Assembly: GCA_964384585.1 (NCBI GenBank)
Contig: CAYLME010000004.1
Coordinates: 1-56,313, forward strand
Length of the DNA: 56,313 nt
Reading direction: 5' to 3'
From: an uncultured Gemmatimonadaceae bacterium
Lineage (GTDB): Bacteria > Gemmatimonadota > Gemmatimonadetes > Longimicrobiales > RSA9
Position 1 is the stretch's first letter. Each line of letters opens with the position of its first letter. The translations under genes were made by a program, and so were the position numbers. Positions 19,274 to 28,247 of the stretch are shown here, one piece after another. Below the pieces are notes generated by a model that was not told the DNA's origin, searched no databases, and saw only the letters and a list, made by a program, of their open reading frames with translations.

Positions 19274-21937
19274 CTACATGAGCGACGACAACGCCTGCAA
19301 CGCATGCATCAGGTCCGGCTTCATCTCCAGCACCGGTCGCAGCGGATCATGTCCCAGCCGCTTCATCCGCATTGCCGCGTTCCTGATCGTGTACCGGCGG
19401 ATGTCGAGTCGCGGGTTCACCTCGCGCCACTCGAGCGGCATCGATACTGGTGCGCCCGGCAGCGGTCGTACGCAGAACGGCGAGACCAGCAGCTTGCCGT
19501 GTCCGTTCTGCAGGTAATCGACGTACACGCGCCCGCCGCGCTGAGCGATCACGCGCTCGATCGTCGATATGTCCGGCACGCGCCGTACGACCACGCGGGC
19601 GATCAGCTCACCCAGCTGCTTCGACTGCTCGTGATCGAGCTGGCCGCCGAGCGGGATGAGCACGTGCAGCCCAGACGAACCGCTTGTCTTGATGAAGCAG
19701 GGCAGCCCGATCTCGTCGCAGAGTGCCTTGAGCGCGATCGCGACCTCGACCACGTCCGAGAACGGTGCGTCCTTCGGATCCAGGTCGAGTATGCACCAGT
19801 CGGGCTGGTCGAGGGAGCCGACGCGGCTGGCCCAGAGGTGCAGCGGAATCGAACCCGCGTTCGCGAACCACACGATCGACGCCTCGTCGCCGCCGACCAG
19901 GTAGCGCAGCTCACGCTCGGACCCTTCGCTCCACAGCGTTTCGGTGCGCAGCCATGATGGCGCGGACTTCGGCAGGTCCTTCTGGAAGAACGATTTGCCG
20001 TGGATGCCATCGGGGAACCGCGTCATCACGAGTGGCCGGTCCCGCAGGTAGGGCAGCAGCCACGGCGTGATGCCGCGGTAATACTCGACGAGGTCACCCT
20101 TCGTGTAGCCGTCCTCCGGCCAGTAGACCTTGTCGAGGTTCGTGAGCTTCACGGCATGCGTCGTCCCGTCGCGTCCTGCCGCGGGCGTCTGCGACACAGC
20201 GCTGTCGCGCACCTTTCCGCGTGAAACGCGCGCGCCTGGTGCCGGCGAGTCGTCCGCCTCCACCTCGCCAGTGTCGACAGCCTTCTTCGCACTGCGCTTC
20301 CGCGGCTTCGCCGCCGGGGCGGCAACCGCATGCTCGCTGAAGGCAGCCGTCGTTTCCGGTGCATCCATCGATTCCGGCGCACTGCCGCGCACGCACTCCT
20401 CCGGTCGCTTGTCGTCGCGGATGCGCAGAAACACCGGGTGGCGCAGCAGTCCTTCGTCCGTCCATTCCAGGTAGCGCACCTCCACGACGAGTGTCGGCTC
20501 GACCCAGACGGCATTGCGATCGCGCGGCGTGCCTTCCGCCGCGGCGCGCTCCACCACGGTCGGTGACAGTCGCCGTTTCAGCTCGCGCAGCATCGCGCCG
20601 TCGAAGCCGGTGCCGACGGAGCCCGCGTAGCGCAGCGTTCCTTCGACGAAGAACCCGAGGTGCAGCGAGCCGATGGCATCAGCGTTGTCACTCGCGCGTT
20701 TCCAGCCGACGACCACGAACTCGTCCGTGCGATGTGAGCGCACCTTCTGCCACGCAGACGAGCGCCCCGCGCGGTACACCGAGTCCGCGCGTTTCGCGAT
20801 GATGCCCTCGAGGCCGAGCGACTCGACCTGACCGAACAGAGCGGTGCCGTGTTCCGCGACGTGATCGGAGAACCGCAGTACGCCGCTCGCCGGAACGATC
20901 GTGCGCAGGAGACGCTTGCGCTCGAGGAGCGGCAGCGGGCGGGCGTCGTATGGGCCGGCGGCGAGCAGGTCGAACACGTAGTACGTGGCTGGCAGCTCGA
21001 GTGCAGCGCGGCGGATGTCCGGCGTACGCTTCAGCCGCGCACGCTTCTGCAGCCGCTGGAAGCTCGGCAGCCCGACGTCGTCATGCACCGTGATCTCGCC
21101 GTCCACGATCAGCCGGTCGTACGGTAGCCGTGCAAGCGCACGCGCGACGTCGGGAAACGATGCCGTCCAGTCATGGCCGTTGCGCGTCTGCAGCACGACG
21201 CGCTCGCCGTCCTTCAGCGCGAGGAACCGATAGCCGTCGAACTTGAACTCGTAGATCCAGTCGGGATGATCGAAGACCTCCGTCGCACGTTCCGCGAGCA
21301 TCGGTGCGCAGTCGGTGATGCGCACGTCGCGGTGCGGTGCGTCGAGTGCTTCGAGTTCCGCCTGCAGATGCTCGTCGCGCGTGACGCCGGTGCGCAGCTC
21401 CTCGAGCGTCAGGCCGGACAGCACCGACGACTCGTCGAAGTCGTCGGCGTCCGTACGCATCAGTGCGTCGCGCTCCTTGATCAGCAGCCAGTCCTTCTCG
21501 CTGCGCTTCGTCTTCACGAGCGTCCAGCGGCCGCGCAGTTTCTGGCCGCGCAGCTCGAAGAGCAGCTTGCCCTTCCCGAACCCTGCATGCGGATCCTCGA
21601 TCGGGACCCAGGTGCCCTGGTCCCAGACGATCATATTGCCTGCGCCGTAGTTGCCCTTCGGGATGACACCTTCGAAGTCCGCGTACGCGAGCGGGTGGTC
21701 CTCGGTCTGGAACGCGCCGCGCTTGTTCGCCTGGTCATAGGACGGCCCCTTCGGTACCGCCCACGACTTCAGCACACCGTCGAGCTCCAGCCGCAGGTCG
21801 TAGTGAAGGTTGCGCGCTGCATGCTTCTGCACGACGAAGCGGAGCAGGCCGCCGCCAGGCGGCTCACCGCCAAATGGCTCAGGGGTGGTGCCCGGGTCGC
21901 GTTTCGCGCGGTATTCGGCGAGTGAGTCGGAAGCCAT
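19274..21937 (-). CDS. ligD: Multidomain ATP-dependent DNA ligase D (phosphoesterase - ligase - polymerase/primase)
   Basis: Start chosen at ATG 21937 (MASDSLAEYRAKRDPGTTPEPFG, the canonical PE-domain start). PE motif FVVQKHAARNLHYDLRLE. Ligase motif I EFKFDGYR. Pol domain FPDGIHGKSFFQKD and KTSGSSGLHVLIPL. The track ORF extends in frame to 22252, but that would abut the ku start. Confidence 0.9.
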   Translation of the reverse strand: MASDSLAEYRAKRDPGTTPEPFGGEPPGGGLLRFVVQKHAARNLHYDLRLELDGVLKSWAVPKGPSYDQANKRGAFQTEDHPLAYADFEGVIPKGNYGAGNMIVWDQGTWVPIEDPHAGFGKGKLLFELRGQKLRGRWTLVKTKRSEKDWLLIKERDALMRTDADDFDESSVLSGLTLEELRTGVTRDEHLQAELEALDAPHRDVRITDCAPMLAERATEVFDHPDWIYEFKFDGYRFLALKDGERVVLQTRNGHDWTASFPDVARALARLPYDRLIVDGEITVHDDVGLPSFQRLQKRARLKRTPDIRRAALELPATYYVFDLLAAGPYDARPLPLLERKRLLRTIVPASGVLRFSDHVAEHGTALFGQVESLGLEGIIAKRADSVYRAGRSSAWQKVRSHRTDEFVVVGWKRASDNADAIGSLHLGFFVEGTLRYAGSVGTGFDGAMLRELKRRLSPTVVERAAAEGTPRDRNAVWVEPTLVVEVRYLEWTDEGLLRHPVFLRIRDDKRPEECVRGSAPESMDAPETTAAFSEHAVAAPAAKPRKRSAKKAVDTGEVEADDSPAPGARVSRGKVRDSAVSQTPAAGRDGTTHAVKLTNLDKVYWPEDGYTKGDLVEYYRGITPWLLPYLRDRPLVMTRFPDGIHGKSFFQKDLPKSAPSWLRTETLWSEGSERELRYLVGGDEASIVWFANAGSIPLHLWASRVGSLDQPDWCILDLDPKDAPFSDVVEVAIALKALCDEIGLPCFIKTSGSSGLHVLIPLGGQLDHEQSKQLGELIARVVVRRVPDISTIERVIAQRGGRVYVDYLQNGHGKLLVSPFCVRPLPGAPVSMPLEWREVNPRLDIRRYTIRNAAMRMKRLGHDPLRPVLEMKPDLMHALQALSSLM

Positions 21938-22216
21938 GGGGGAAAGGGCAACGCAACAGCGGCTCGGGTCAAGCCCGCCCCTCGTGCCCTGGCGATGTCG
22001 CGTCGTCGAGCCCCGGTCGAGCGCCCGGTCGAGGCAGGTCGCCGTGAGCCCCTGGGCCCAGTACATCAGGGTGTCACGATTCGGCTGGGTCGTCTCGCGG
22101 CTGGACCGCAGCGCATCACCATCGAACGCGATCCAGCCCTCCCACAGGCCGTCGGCCCGTCCGCCAGCAGGATGTCGTTTTGCAGGCGCGTCATTCGTCT
22201 GACTACCACAAACCTC

Positions 22217-22243
22217 TTGCACCGCAACCGGCCCCCGTACAAT
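22217..22243 (+). promoter_or_regulatory. Candidate ku promoter giving a very short leader
   Basis: TTGCAC (22217-22222), 15 nt spacer, TACAAT (22238-22243). The ATG lies only 12 nt after the -10, with no SD. Spacing is suboptimal and the call is weak. Confidence 0.25.
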
Positions 22244-22255
22244 CATGCACACCCT

Positions 22256-23119
22256 ATGAGCGCACGAGCGATCGGCACCGCCACGATTTCCTTCGGCCTC
22301 GTCTCCGTCCCGGTGAAGCTCTATTCATCCGGTGACTCGACCGCCGCCATCAGCTTCAACTGGATCCACAAGGACTGTGGCTCCCGGCTGAAGCAGCAGT
22401 ACATCTGCGCCCGCGAGGGCACGGTGGTCGAGAAGGACGAGATGGTGAAGGGCTACGAGTTCGCGAAGGACCAGTACGTCCTGTTCAGCACGGACGAGCT
22501 CAAGGCGCTCGACCAGAAGGCGGACAACACGATCGAGATCGTCGAGTTCGTGCCGGCGGACCAGGTCGAGAAGACGTATATCGACAAGGTCGTCTATCTC
22601 GGCCCGGAGAAGGGCGGTGATCGTGCGTACCGGCTGCTGTCGGCGGCGATGCGCGAGACCGGCCTCTCGGCACTGGGTCGCTACGCCGCGCGTGGCAAGC
22701 AGTACCTGGTGTTGCTGTCACCCATGCGTGACGGCATCGTCATGGAACAGCTCCGCTATGCGCATGAGGTCCGTTCGTTCGATGACGTGCCGATCGGCGA
22801 GGCGGACGTGAAGGACCAGGAGCTGAAGCTTGCCGTGCAGCTGATCGATCAGATCCGCTCGGAACAGTTCCAGCCTGAGAAGTACCAGGACGAGGTGCGC
22901 GAGCGTCAGCTCGAGCTGATCCAGGCGAAGGTACAGGGCGAGGACATCACGGCTGCGCCGGTGGAAGCGCCGCAGACGCAGATCATCGACCTGATGGCTG
23001 CGCTCAAGGCGTCGCTCGCGAAGAAGGACGTGGCTGCGGACGAAGAAAGCGGTCGCAAGCCGGCACGTGCGGCAAAGACGGCGAAGAAGACGGCGAAGCG
23101 CAGGGCGAGCGGCGGCTGA
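22256..23119 (+). CDS. ku: Ku DNA end-binding protein
   Basis: MSARAIGTATISFGLVSVPVKLYS..., KGYEFAKDQYV, and a basic C-terminal tail KPARAAKTAKKTAKRRASGG. Confidence 0.9.
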   Translation: MSARAIGTATISFGLVSVPVKLYSSGDSTAAISFNWIHKDCGSRLKQQYICAREGTVVEKDEMVKGYEFAKDQYVLFSTDELKALDQKADNTIEIVEFVPADQVEKTYIDKVVYLGPEKGGDRAYRLLSAAMRETGLSALGRYAARGKQYLVLLSPMRDGIVMEQLRYAHEVRSFDDVPIGEADVKDQELKLAVQLIDQIRSEQFQPEKYQDEVRERQLELIQAKVQGEDITAAPVEAPQTQIIDLMAALKASLAKKDVAADEESGRKPARAAKTAKKTAKRRASGG

Positions 23120-23126
23120 GGTCGCG

Positions 23127-23951
23127 ATGTGGTATGGAACCCGGGACGTCGCCAGGATGCTGGGGCTCTCGGAAACGCAGGTCCGGTCGTACGTCCGCGC
23201 TGGGCTGATCGAAGTCGAGCGCGGCCCGCGCAATGCCTACCGTTTCAGCTTCCAGGATCTGGTCCTGCTACGTGCCGCACGTGGCCTGATCCAGGCGCGC
23301 GTGCCGCATCTGCGTGTGCTGCGCGCACTGCGGCGCCTGAAGCGACAGCTCCCACCCGATCGTAACCTTGCCGAACTCCGCATTCTCGTCGATGGCGACG
23401 ATGTCATTGTGAGCGACGGCGCCGCGGCGTGGAACCCCGCGTCCGGCCAACTCCATCTCGATTTCCAGGTCGCGGACCTGAACGCCGAGGTCGCGCCGCT
23501 GCACGCGGCGGTGCGTCCGGCCATCCCGGCGGTGACGGCGGACGACTGGTTCGAGCGCGGCGTCGAACTGGAGCTGGTTTCTACGGACGACGCGGTCACC
23601 GCGTACGAGCGGGCGCTCGAGCTGGATCCGCGCCACGCGGATGCGCATGTGAACCTGGGGCGGATGCTGCACGAGGCGCGGCGGCTCGCACAGGCGGAGC
23701 TGCACTACCGCGCGGCGCTCGCGACCGGGCCGCACGCCACGGCAGCGTACAACCTCGGCATCGTGCTGGAGGATCGGCAGCGGCAGAAGGAAGCGGTGAG
23801 CGCCTATTCCCGCGCACTCGACGCCGACCCGCGCATGGCCGACGCGCACTACAACCTGTCACGACTCTACGAGCAGCTGGGCGACGAGGCCGCCGCCGTT
23901 CGCCACCTGCGTGCCTACCGCTCGCTGACGCAGGGCACCGGCCGCGCCTGA
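23127..23951 (+). CDS. MerR/excisionase-type HTH protein with C-terminal TPR repeats
   Basis: ATG 23127 lies 7 nt after the ku stop. HTH YGTRDVARMLGLSETQVRSYVRAGLI. TPRs AVTAYERALELDPRHADAHVNLGRML and AVSAYSRALDADPRMADAHYNLSRLY. Confidence 0.75.
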   Translation: MWYGTRDVARMLGLSETQVRSYVRAGLIEVERGPRNAYRFSFQDLVLLRAARGLIQARVPHLRVLRALRRLKRQLPPDRNLAELRILVDGDDVIVSDGAAAWNPASGQLHLDFQVADLNAEVAPLHAAVRPAIPAVTADDWFERGVELELVSTDDAVTAYERALELDPRHADAHVNLGRMLHEARRLAQAELHYRAALATGPHATAAYNLGIVLEDRQRQKEAVSAYSRALDADPRMADAHYNLSRLYEQLGDEAAAVRHLRAYRSLTQGTGRA

Positions 23952-23982
23952 CGCGCGGCTTCACTTCCCAGGTTGCCTGCGT

Positions 23983-25053
23983 CTACTTTCGGACTGCACC
24001 CGCCGCACCCGACGGCTCGATCGGCAGTGACTCGCGCGTGTCCATGAACGCAGTCACGATCTCCGGGTCGAACTGCCTGCCGCTCTGCTCACGGATCTCC
24101 TCGAGCGTCTCCTCGAGCGTCCATGCCAGCTTGTACGGGCGGGCGTGCATGAGCGCATCGAACGTATCGACGAGTGCGACGATGCGACCGCTCATGGGGA
24201 TCTCCGCACCGCGCGTACCGTTGTAGCCGAGGCCGTCCCACCGCTCGTGGTGCGTGAGCGCGATCTCCTCGGCGATCTGCAGCAGCGGCACACGGCTGCC
24301 GCCGAGGATGCGCGCGCCGATCGTCGTGTGCGTCTTGATCAGCGAGAACTCCTCCGGCGTCAGGCGGCCCGGCTTGAGCAGCACGGAATCGGGCACACCG
24401 ATCTTGCCGACATCGTGCAGCGGCGCGGCGCGCCGCATCAGGTCCACCTGCTCGCCATTCCAGCCGAGCACGCGAGAAAGCGCGGCCGCGAGCTCGCCGA
24501 CACGACGGATGTGGTCGCCCGTCGCGTCGTCGCGGTACTCTGCAGCCTTCGCCAGCCGGTCGAGCGTGTCGATGCGTGCCTGATCGAGTTCGGCCGTCCG
24601 GATCCGCACACGCTCCTCGAGCTGCACGTTGTGCTCGAGCACCTGCTGCTGCAGTGCGCGGATCGTGAGCAGGTTGCGGATCCGCAGCAGTGCCTCGAGC
24701 TGGTCGAACGGCTTCGCCAGGAAGTCCGATGCGCCCTGTTCGAGTGCGCGCAGCTTCGTCTCCGGCAGGATGTCCGCGGTCAGCACGAGCACGGGCATGT
24801 ACGCCGCCGGCGTGACCGTTCGCTCGCGGATCTGCTGCAGCACCTCGAAGCCGTTCAGGCCGGGCATGTGCAGGTCGAGCAGCACGATGTCCGGCTGCCA
24901 GGTATCGAGCAGCTCCATCACGCCCTCGGGCTGGGACGTGCCGAGGATCTCCTCGTAGCCGGCCCGGCGCAGAATGCGCTCGAGCAGCCGGAGATTCATT
25001 TCCTGGTCGTCGACGGCCAGGATCCTTCTCTTCGTTACGTCGATCTCGCTCAC
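23983..25053 (-). CDS. Response regulator with HD-GYP-type phosphohydrolase output domain
   Basis: REC: ILAVDDQEMN...VLLDLHMPGLNG. HD: AAPLHDVGKIGVPD. HHERWDGLGYNG, where the GYP position reads GYN. Confidence 0.9.
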   Translation of the reverse strand: MSEIDVTKRRILAVDDQEMNLRLLERILRRAGYEEILGTSQPEGVMELLDTWQPDIVLLDLHMPGLNGFEVLQQIRERTVTPAAYMPVLVLTADILPETKLRALEQGASDFLAKPFDQLEALLRIRNLLTIRALQQQVLEHNVQLEERVRIRTAELDQARIDTLDRLAKAAEYRDDATGDHIRRVGELAAALSRVLGWNGEQVDLMRRAAPLHDVGKIGVPDSVLLKPGRLTPEEFSLIKTHTTIGARILGGSRVPLLQIAEEIALTHHERWDGLGYNGTRGAEIPMSGRIVALVDTFDALMHARPYKLAWTLEETLEEIREQSGRQFDPEIVTAFMDTRESLPIEPSGAAGAVRK

Positions 25054-25057
25054 TGCC

Positions 25058-27211
25058 TCACTCCCGCGCGCTCATCTGGAGCGCGTCATGGATGGTACTG
25101 ACGAATCCGGCGATGTCGAGCGGTTTCGTGAGGTAAGCGAACACGCCCTCACGCACGAGCCGCTCGATGCGCGATGGCGTGGCGTCCGCACTCAGGACGA
25201 CCACCGGGATATCACGCGTCGAAGGGTCATCGCGCAACCGCTGCAACACCAGCTCGCCGTCGATCTCCGGCAGGTGCAGATCGAGGAGAATCAGATCGGG
25301 CAGCATCGTGCGTGCCTGCTCCAGGCCGTCCAGCCCGTCCGATGCGCCGAGAAAACGGAAACGGTCTCCCTGCAGTGCCAGGATGCGGCGCACGAGCTGC
25401 AGGTTCGCCTCATTGTCTTCGATGTACAGCACCGTGCGCGCATCGGGATTGAGCTGCGCCAGCGCGGCGGAATCCACGAACTGGTCCTCGCTCGCGATTG
25501 CGCCGATCGGCGGACCGACACGCGTCAGCTCCGTCCAGAAGGTGGTGCCGACACCGGGGCGCGAGTTCACCTCGATGCGCCCGCCCATCGCCTCGACCAG
25601 CGCCTTGCTGACGACCAGACCGAGGCCTACGCCCTCGACGCCCATCTCGTCCGCGCCCAGCCGCTGGAACGGTTCGAAGAGATGCGCCTGCTTGGCGGGA
25701 TCGATGCCCATGCCCGTATCGCGTACACCAATACGTACAACGCCGTTGCTTGGCTCCGCAATGAAATCGACGTGGCCGCCGTCGCGATTGTACTTGATCG
25801 CGTTGGACCCCAGGTTGACGAGCACCTGCCGCAATCGCTGTCGGTCTGCGCGCACGAAAAGGTTCCGAGTGACGTTCACCTCGAGCGTGATGGTGCGCGG
25901 CGTTGCCGCGTGGCTGAGGAACGAGCGCACCTCGTCCACCACGTCCCAGACACGCACGGTCTCGATCGCAAGCGCGAGCGTGCCGCTCTCGATACGCGAG
26001 ATGTCCAGGATCTCGTTGATGAGCGCGAGCAGGTGCTTGCCACCGCGAAGGATGTGCTCCACGCTGTCCGCAGCCTCGACGTCGAGATCCTCCTGCGCCA
26101 GCAGCTGGCCGTATCCGAGGATCGCATGCAGCGGCGTCCGCAGCTCGTGCGAAACACGCGATAGGAATTCGTTCTTCGCGCGGTTCGCACGGTCCGCTTC
26201 ACCGAGCGCGCTCGCGAGACGTCGTTCCGTCTCCTTCGCGGCCGTCACGTCACGCGTCACGCCCACGATGCCGCTGATCCTGCCGTCCGGCTCGCGCAGG
26301 GGTGCGACCGACGTCTGGAACTGCACCGGCGGGCGGTCACGCCGGTTCAGCGTCCAGTCGTAGATCGCAGGCAGCCCCGCGAGCGCACGACGGTTCGCTT
26401 CCTCGTGCACCACCGCGTCGTCGCCGTACAACTCGCGCACCGTCTTGCCGATCAATGCGCCTTCCTCGGCGTCGAGCCGACCATACATCTCGGTGACGCG
26501 GCCCTCCCGGTCCAGCGCGAACACCACGTCCTCGAGCGAGCGTGTCAGGCTCAACAGTCGCTGCTGTGCGATCCGCAACTCGCGCTCCGTTCGCTCGCGT
26601 CGACGCACGTCGCGGAACAGTACGATGAGCATGATGGAGAAGATCAACACTGCGACGAGTGTCGCGATCAGCATCACGCTCGGCGTCAGCAGCGCACGCG
26701 CACGCCGGGCCTCCGATTCCGCCAACATGGTCTCGTGCGTGACCATCAGCCCGTCGAGGAGCCCGCGGATCTGGTTCACCAGCCGCCGCGAACGGCCGAT
26801 GCCCTCTGGCGTGGCAGCGTCCAGATCACCCCGGATCATGACCTCGTGCAGCGTCGCCAGCGAGTCGTACGCGAGCGCGATACTGTCCAGCGCGGCCAGG
26901 TTCGCAGTATCGCCCACCTCCAGCCGGCGGAGCCGCGCGAGCGCGGCCGGCGCGCGGACTCGGCTCTCGTAGTGGCGCTGCAGGTAGTGCGGTTCACCCG
27001 TGAGCAGATAGCCGCGGACCGTCGTCTCGGTCTGCTCCACGCCCGTCGCGAGCCGCTGCAGCTGCATCAGCACGCGCTGCGTTTCCGCGGCCTCGATGCT
27101 GGTCCGCTCCACACGCTGGGCATGCGCAAACGAGAGCACGACGAGCAGCACGAGCACTGCAAGCACGAGTATGAGCGCGGCGGCAAGCCGCCGGCCCCGC
27201 GAGAGCATCAT
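25058..27211 (-). CDS. Hybrid sensor histidine kinase (CHASE3 - TM - PAS - HisKA/HATPase - REC)
   Basis: CHASE3-like N-terminus TVRGYLLTGEPHYLQRHY. H-box FLSRVSHELRTPLHAI. HATPase NLGSNAIKYN, DTGMGI, GVGLGLVVSK. C-terminal REC ILLDLHLPEIDG. Start chosen at the MM pair (27211); the track start is 27262. Confidence 0.85.
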   Translation of the reverse strand: MMLSRGRRLAAALILVLAVLVLLVVLSFAHAQRVERTSIEAAETQRVLMQLQRLATGVEQTETTVRGYLLTGEPHYLQRHYESRVRAPAALARLRRLEVGDTANLAALDSIALAYDSLATLHEVMIRGDLDAATPEGIGRSRRLVNQIRGLLDGLMVTHETMLAESEARRARALLTPSVMLIATLVAVLIFSIMLIVLFRDVRRRERTERELRIAQQRLLSLTRSLEDVVFALDREGRVTEMYGRLDAEEGALIGKTVRELYGDDAVVHEEANRRALAGLPAIYDWTLNRRDRPPVQFQTSVAPLREPDGRISGIVGVTRDVTAAKETERRLASALGEADRANRAKNEFLSRVSHELRTPLHAILGYGQLLAQEDLDVEAADSVEHILRGGKHLLALINEILDISRIESGTLALAIETVRVWDVVDEVRSFLSHAATPRTITLEVNVTRNLFVRADRQRLRQVLVNLGSNAIKYNRDGGHVDFIAEPSNGVVRIGVRDTGMGIDPAKQAHLFEPFQRLGADEMGVEGVGLGLVVSKALVEAMGGRIEVNSRPGVGTTFWTELTRVGPPIGAIASEDQFVDSAALAQLNPDARTVLYIEDNEANLQLVRRILALQGDRFRFLGASDGLDGLEQARTMLPDLILLDLHLPEIDGELVLQRLRDDPSTRDIPVVVLSADATPSRIERLVREGVFAYLTKPLDIAGFVSTIHDALQMSARE

Positions 27212-27297
27212 CGACAAGGCAGGCCAGGTGGGTATTAAACCGTCAGTGTGACGTCCCCCCAATTTTGCTTTCGGCGCCTGTGGCCGCCAGTGATGCC

Positions 27298-28203
27298 TCA
27301 GCGCCGCTCCTGGAAATGCTGCTCCAACTCGTCCATCGTACGCGGCCAGTCATCGCGCAGCAGCCGCGAAAAGGCCCGGTCCGCCAACAGTTTTCCGCCG
27401 GTCTGGCAGGTCGGACAGTAGTTCGTCTCGTTATCGGCGTACCGGATGCGCTGGATGGTACCACCGCACCGCGGGCACGGCTTGCCGTAACGGCCATGGA
27501 CTGCCATCCGCGGGTGGAACGCCGTGACTTTCCCCGGGAAGTCACCGTCCGCTTCCTCGATCAGCAGGTTTGCCCACCCGGCCAGCGACGAGCGGGTCAC
27601 CTCGTAGAGCCGTTCGATCTCCGTCGCCTCCAGCCGTGACGTCAGCCGCGCCGGCGACAGTTCCGCGGCGTGCAGGACCTCGTCCGAATGAGCGTTGCCG
27701 ATTCCGCTCAGGATGCGCGGATCGGTCAGCGCCCTCTTGAGCGTGCGGTTCTCGCGCTGCAACGCCGCCGTAAACTCCGGCAGGGTAGCATTCAGCGGAT
27801 CGATGCCGCCGCGATCGAAGTCGGCGAGGGCGTCACGCCCCCGGACGAGGTGCAGATGCGCACGCTTCTTCGTGCCCGCCTCGGTCACCAGCAGCGAGCC
27901 GTTCTCGAACTCGAATGCGGCATGCCCGAGTCGCCGCGGGATTGGCGTACCCGGCGCTTTCCACTGCAGCCGTCCCGCAATCATCAGGTGCAGCACGGCG
28001 AACAGGTCGTCCTCGAACGCGAAGACGATACGCTTGCCGATGCGTTCCATGCCCGTCAGAACCTTGCCGGCGAACGCCGCTGCCGGCGGATCCACGCTGC
28101 GCAACAGGGAAGGCGACACGATCCGCAGCCGCTCGAGCCGCTGCCCGACGACGCGCGGCTCCAGTGCGTGGATGTATAAAACGACTTCGGGGTATTCGGG
28201 CAT
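27298..28203 (-). CDS. Fpg/Nei-family DNA glycosylase / AP lyase
   Basis: N-terminal MPEYPEV (catalytic Pro2/Glu3), H2TH region GIGNAHSDEVLH, and C-terminal zinc finger CPRCGGTIQRIRYADNETNYCPTCQ. Confidence 0.9.
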   Translation of the reverse strand: MPEYPEVVLYIHALEPRVVGQRLERLRIVSPSLLRSVDPPAAAFAGKVLTGMERIGKRIVFAFEDDLFAVLHLMIAGRLQWKAPGTPIPRRLGHAAFEFENGSLLVTEAGTKKRAHLHLVRGRDALADFDRGGIDPLNATLPEFTAALQRENRTLKRALTDPRILSGIGNAHSDEVLHAAELSPARLTSRLEATEIERLYEVTRSSLAGWANLLIEEADGDFPGKVTAFHPRMAVHGRYGKPCPRCGGTIQRIRYADNETNYCPTCQTGGKLLADRAFSRLLRDDWPRTMDELEQHFQERR

Positions 28204-28247
28204 TCGCTCGGTTGCTGTGGTGCCGTTTTCCCGTAGTGTACTACCCC

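Noticed and set aside
21938-22252. Stop-free, in-frame 315-nt extension upstream of the chosen ligD start. It contains a fairly protein-like stretch (DGLWEGWIAFDGDALRSSRETTQPNRDTLMYWAQGLT).
   Set aside because: Using it would place the ligD start 4 nt from the divergent ku start, leaving no promoter space. MASDSLAEYRAKRDPGTTPEPFG is the canonical start of the LigD phosphoesterase domain. Long open frames are expected by chance at this GC content. It is worth a homology search, but I cannot support it as coding.
22500-23233. Minus-strand ORFs antisense to ku and the HTH-TPR gene, considered as possible antitoxin-like small genes.
   Set aside because: Their composition is Arg/Pro-rich with no motifs. 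They are fully contained in well-supported genes on the other strand.
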